DNA of 64,000 nucleotides from an uncultured Armatimonadetes bacterium (GTDB lineage Bacteria; Armatimonadota; UBA5829): NCBI GenBank assembly GCA_963711155.1, contig CAVQDB010000005.1, positions 899,298 to 963,297 of the forward strand, read 5' to 3'. Shown piece by piece: positions 60,806 to 64,000 of this stretch (position 1 is its first letter; each line of letters starts with the position of its first letter). The notes under the pieces were generated by a model. It saw only the letters and a program-made list of their open reading frames with translations, ran no database searches and was not told where the DNA came from. The position numbers and the translations under genes were made by a program.

Positions 60806-61234
60806 TTACCTTGTGCTGATCTGACGTAGGCCGCGGAGGAGTTCGACTTCGCCGGTGGTCAGGCCCGACTGGCGGGCGGCGTCCACGGCGGGTTCGTTGG
60901 AATCGATCATATCGCACGAATTGGACGTGAGCGCTGCGGTCGGCCCGATAGGCGCCGTGGGACAGACCGTCCCGCTCCGCCTCGATTCCAGCGAGGCGAT
61001 CCTGCGCTCGGCGTCCGCAAGCGCCAGTTCGACACGTGAGACGCACTCGTCCGCCGCGGCTCGTAGATCGTTCATCAGCCTTGCCGTGCTCTCCTCCAGC
61101 ACCTTGAGGTCCGTCGGGGAGAGCGGCATCTCGCGTGTCCGGGCGGTCTGTCCGGCCTTGAGCATCCACTTCACGCCCACGTAGGCCGCGTAGCCCATCC
61201 CAGCCAGCGTCATCAGAGAGAATAGCACTTCCAT
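60806..61234 (-). CDS. Membrane-anchored coiled-coil protein (possibly DUF2802-like, flagellar-cluster associated)
   Basis: Intact 142-aa ORF with an N-terminal TM. The C-terminal 'AARQSGLTTGEVELLRGL' is HTH-like. Confidence 0.4.
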   Translation of the reverse strand: MEVLFSLMTLAGMGYAAYVGVKWMLKAGQTARTREMPLSPTDLKVLEESTARLMNDLRAAADECVSRVELALADAERRIASLESRRSGTVCPTAPIGPTAALTSNSCDMIDSNEPAVDAARQSGLTTGEVELLRGLRQISTR

Positions 61235-61239
61235 ATCAT

Positions 61240-61539
61240 CTACACCAATACGTCGAGGCCGCCCTCGCCGTCCGTATCCTCAGGTTCGTCGTTGTCCTGA
61301 GCCGATGAGCGCCGCTCCATCTGCCTGCGCCTGCGCTCGCGCTCCTGCAGCAGCCGCGTGCGGCGAAGGAGGTCCGTGCCGTCCGCCTTGATCGGCTTGA
61401 TGGCGTGGACGAACCGCGCCGCATCCTGATCCTGAGCAATCTCGTTTGCCCTCTGCGTTGCCTTGGGCGACCGCTCGACCTCCAACGACTTCGCAAGTGA
61501 ACCGGCCAGGTTCGCCGCATCAGGTCCCACAGATCTCAC
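61240..61539 (-). CDS. Small highly charged hypothetical protein
   Basis: Intact 99-aa ORF, 6 nt upstream of the next ORF. Confidence 0.35.
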   Translation of the reverse strand: MRSVGPDAANLAGSLAKSLEVERSPKATQRANEIAQDQDAARFVHAIKPIKADGTDLLRRTRLLQERERRRRQMERRSSAQDNDEPEDTDGEGGLDVLV

Positions 61540-61576
61540 TCCCGAGTTAAGGTTCCGTCGTCACGGGAATTCCCAT

Positions 61577-61773
61577 CGCGAAAGGGAGAAAACCAGAAAT
61601 GAAGAAAGGAGCCATGTTACGCTGTTTCGGGATTTCGGACGTCCACAGTCGTCACGCTAACCACTTCGTCTCCGCCCATGGCGAAAAACCCGGCCTCTCC
61701 GCATATCCGAAATCCCGAAACAGCGTGAAGAGGCAACTCCCGTTTCTTCCTTTCCGGCTTTCTTGCTTTCGCG
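61577..61773. repeat. Nested repeat: MITE-like copy 2 (61620-61725) inserted in the loop of a CGCGAAAGGGAGAAA-type palindrome
   Basis: Outer arms are CGCGAAAGGGAGAAAACCAGAAATGAAGAAAGGAG and CTCCCGTTTCTTCCTTTCCGGCTTTCTTGCTTTCGCG. The inner element has perfect 20-bp TIRs CGCTGTTTCGGGATTTCGGA/TCCGAAATCCCGAAACAGCG. Confidence 0.85.
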
Positions 61774-61784
61774 ATTGTCCCGTC

Positions 61785-62546
61785 CTAAGCTGCCAATGCG
61801 TATGAGATCGACGTGCGGGAGAGCTTGGCGGAGAGGCGCAGTATCGCCTTCGTGTGTATCTGGCAGACGCGAGACTCTGTCACGTCCAGCACCGCCGCGA
61901 TCTCTTTCTGGGTCAGATTCTCATAGTAATAGAGCGCGACAACCGTCCGTTCGCGCTCGGGAAGATCATCGATTGCCTTGGCGAGAAGCCGCTTCTGATC
62001 GGCGCGCTCGGCTCGCGATGCGGGATCGTCCTCGTCTTGTTCAGGGCGTCGAACGAACATCACCGCCTGTGGAGATCACTTCGTCCAGCGACAGCAGCGC
62101 CGACTGGCCCACGTCCATGAGCATCTTTTCGAGTTCGCGAAAGGTCTATGCCGAGATGACCCGGCCACTTCAGATCGGTGGGCGGACGCTCCAGCTGCAT
62201 TTCGAGCTGAGCAAATGCATCCCGGAGCTCGGTCTCGTGCTTGCGCACCGAGCGCGGGGTCCAGTCCAATTGCCGGATAACGTCGATGACCTCGCCGCGG
62301 ATGCGGGTGAGCGCGTAGGTCTCGAACTTGACGTTGCGGTCCAGGTCAAACTTCTCAATGGCATCGATCAGGCCGACGACCGCATGTCCGATCAGGTCTT
62401 CATAGCCCATGGCGCCGGACGGGTAGAGGTTCAGCCTGTCGACGGCGTACTTGGCCAGGTAAGGCATACTCGTTGATGAGCTGCTCCCTGGCTTGTTCGC
62501 TGCCGTTATACTTGAGATCACGCCATAACTTCGTCCGTTGATCCAT
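61785..62546 (-). CDS. fliA: Flagellar sigma-28 factor (FliA/WhiG family), at least 3 frame breaks
   Basis: Region 2 '[17 protein letters not shown]...[16 protein letters not shown]'. Region 4.2 '[44 protein letters not shown]'. ORFs 62400..62648, 62060..62521 and 61785..62063. Confidence 0.8.
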
Positions 62547-62559
62547 AGCCTTCAGTCCT

Positions 62560-62804
62560 CTACTCCTCGGCCACCGCGCGGCTTTCTTCTTGCCCTTCTT
62601 CGTTGTAGCGGCGCATCCGCTTTCCGTGCACGTATTGGCCCTCGACACTCAAGGAAAGCACTCCCGCAAACCAACCGATAACGACCCAGCAGACAATGAA
62701 CGCCACGAGCGCCTTGCCAACCACCCAGATCAGTTCCTCGCCGCTCATCAGCGCCTGAACGCCGACCGCCAGGAAGCCGCCAGCGCCAGGAAGAGGCTCA
62801 TCAT
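62560..62804 (-). CDS. Small membrane protein between flhG and fliA (possible frame break near ~62750)
   Basis: ORF 62560..62748 has TM 'LVAFIVCWVVIGWFAGVL'. An upstream ATGATG at 62804 opens 'MMSLFLALAAS' in another frame. Confidence 0.3.
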
Positions 62805-62817
62805 CTTGAGGACTGCT

Positions 62818-63739
62818 CTAAGCGGCATTCGTTAAGCCTCCACCGGTTCTGGTATTCGCGCGATATCCGGGTCTGTCCCAACGTTGTTTGGGACAGGGTT
62901 CCCATCGTGCTTGCGCGCCCGCTTCGGCCAGCGTTATCGCCAGCCGCCGCAGCCACGATGCCGCGGGAGAGTGAGTGGAGTGAATCGCAAATGGTCGCTG
63001 GCACTGTATAGCCAGACCCACCGATGGGTCAAAGGGCACGTATTCGTTCCTTTGGAAGCTTCTGTTTCAGGAAACGTTTGCAGATGCTGTCGAGCCCCTG
63101 CGCGACCGCGCCTGCCTGAGGAGGGATTCGGGCAGCAGTTGGAGACCAAAGTGATCTCAGCGCCCGGCACGGCTGAAGTCAAAACCTTAATGGCGGCGTA
63201 AGTGTCGGTAATCGAGGTGGGCTCGGGACTGGTCACGACCATCACCTCGTCTACCATGCGAGAGCAGAGACACGACCGACTCGTCGATGCCCGGCGCGGT
63301 GTCGATCACTATGATCTCTCCGTCGCAAGCCGAGTCGAGAACCGAGCCCATGACCTCGCATGCCTGTAGAACCGTCAATATTCGCCATCGCCTCGCAGCC
63401 CGGATCCGGATGAAAGCAGCTTTATGCCGCCGGGGCAGTCAACCCAGGCGTCGGCAACGTCAACGCGGCCTCGAACTACGTCTTCGAGCGTATAGCTCGG
63501 GCGTCACTCCGAGAAGAACCTCGGCGTTGGAGAGGCCGAAGTCGGCATCGATCAAGCCGGACCGATGCGCCTGCGCGAGAAAGGAGAATCGCGAGGTTCA
63601 CGGCCAGACTCGTCTTGCCTACCCCACCCTTGCCGGATGTTACAGCAACGGTGTAGACCTTGGGCGGACGCGACTCGGCGCGAGTGAAGACGATCCGGTC
63701 CCTAACCAGAGTTCTCAGAGCCTCGGCCTGGTCGATCAC
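62818..63739 (-). CDS. flhG: MinD/ParA-type flagellar number regulator FlhG, at least 4 frame breaks
   Basis: Deviant Walker A 'VTSGKGGVGKTSLAVNLA', 'IIVIDTAPG' and 'VMVVTSPEPTSITDTYAAIK'. The GTG start overlaps the flhF stop (GTGA). Confidence 0.75.
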
Positions 63740-64000
63740 TGCGCCACCCCCACTACCAGCCGGGCGATGATGCCGGCATCGGCGAAGTCTATATCCTGTG
63801 GAACGTTCTGGCCGTTTGTCAGGCACGAGATAGCCAGGCCGGTGCGCAGCGGAAGGTTCACGATGCAGCCGTGGTCCGTGCGACTCATCGAGTTTGGTGA
63901 CAACAAGCCTCGTGGGAGACAAGGCGGTGAACCTCTCCACGACGTCTCTTTGCACGCTGCCGGAAAGCGAGGCGGCAACGCAGAGATAAGTGTCGGTAGG
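63736..64000 (-). CDS. flhF: Flagellar biosynthesis GTPase FlhF, C-terminal end only (gene continues off-window; at least 1 frame break)
   Basis: 'LVVTKLDES' and '...LTNGQNVPQDIDFADAGIIARLVVGVAQ*' in ORFs 63476..63955 and 63736..63978. Confidence 0.65.
   Translation of the reverse strand, partial: LPTLISALPPRFPAACKETSWRGSPPCLPRGLLSPNSMSRTDHGCIVNLPLRTGLAISCLTNGQNVPQDIDFADAGIIARLVVGVAQ

Overview
High-G+C bacterial chromosomal window with no rRNA, CRISPR array, transposase, integrase or phage genes. The gene content is many secreted HAF-repeat and CarboxypepD_reg proteins, a prepilin-type protein, glycoside hydrolases, a T-box leader and FlhF/FlhG/FliA. This resembles Armatimonadota- or Planctomycetota-like environmental genomes, but that is inference only. 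Most genes are on the minus strand. In order they are: an EPS module (Wzc-like, sugar transferase), lipA, an M14 peptidase, lepA, a glycan-utilisation block (Gfo/Idh/MocA, sulfatase, CBM9+GH20), valS, a ParB-like protein, comEC and tRNA-Pro(CGG). Then come a polytopic membrane protein, an ABC1-like kinase coupled to an AI-2E transporter, wecB, a wecA-like gene, glyA and rpiB. A YprB/YprA (MrfB/MrfA)-like exonuclease/helicase pair and a prepilin-type protein follow. Next is a repeat-dense accessory island with two orphan Rhs C-terminal toxin tips and candidate immunity genes (37.2-42.5 kb). After it lies a tight operon: Mut7-C, nitroreductase, flavoprotein, B12-radical-SAM, GH78-like. The window ends with secreted-protein genes and the tail of a flagellar cluster (flhF, flhG, fliA). 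Three things stand out. First, the valS T-box leader is about 750 nt long because three kinds of palindromic repeat are nested in it. Second, several REP/MITE-like families invade leaders, gene ends and one helicase ORF, where a 120-bp in-frame unit is amplified about 3.3 times. Third, single-base frame breaks are strikingly patchy: essential genes such as lepA and valS are shattered, while multi-kb neighbouring blocks are intact. I read this as consensus/indel error rather than biology. Many gene boundaries are therefore approximate.
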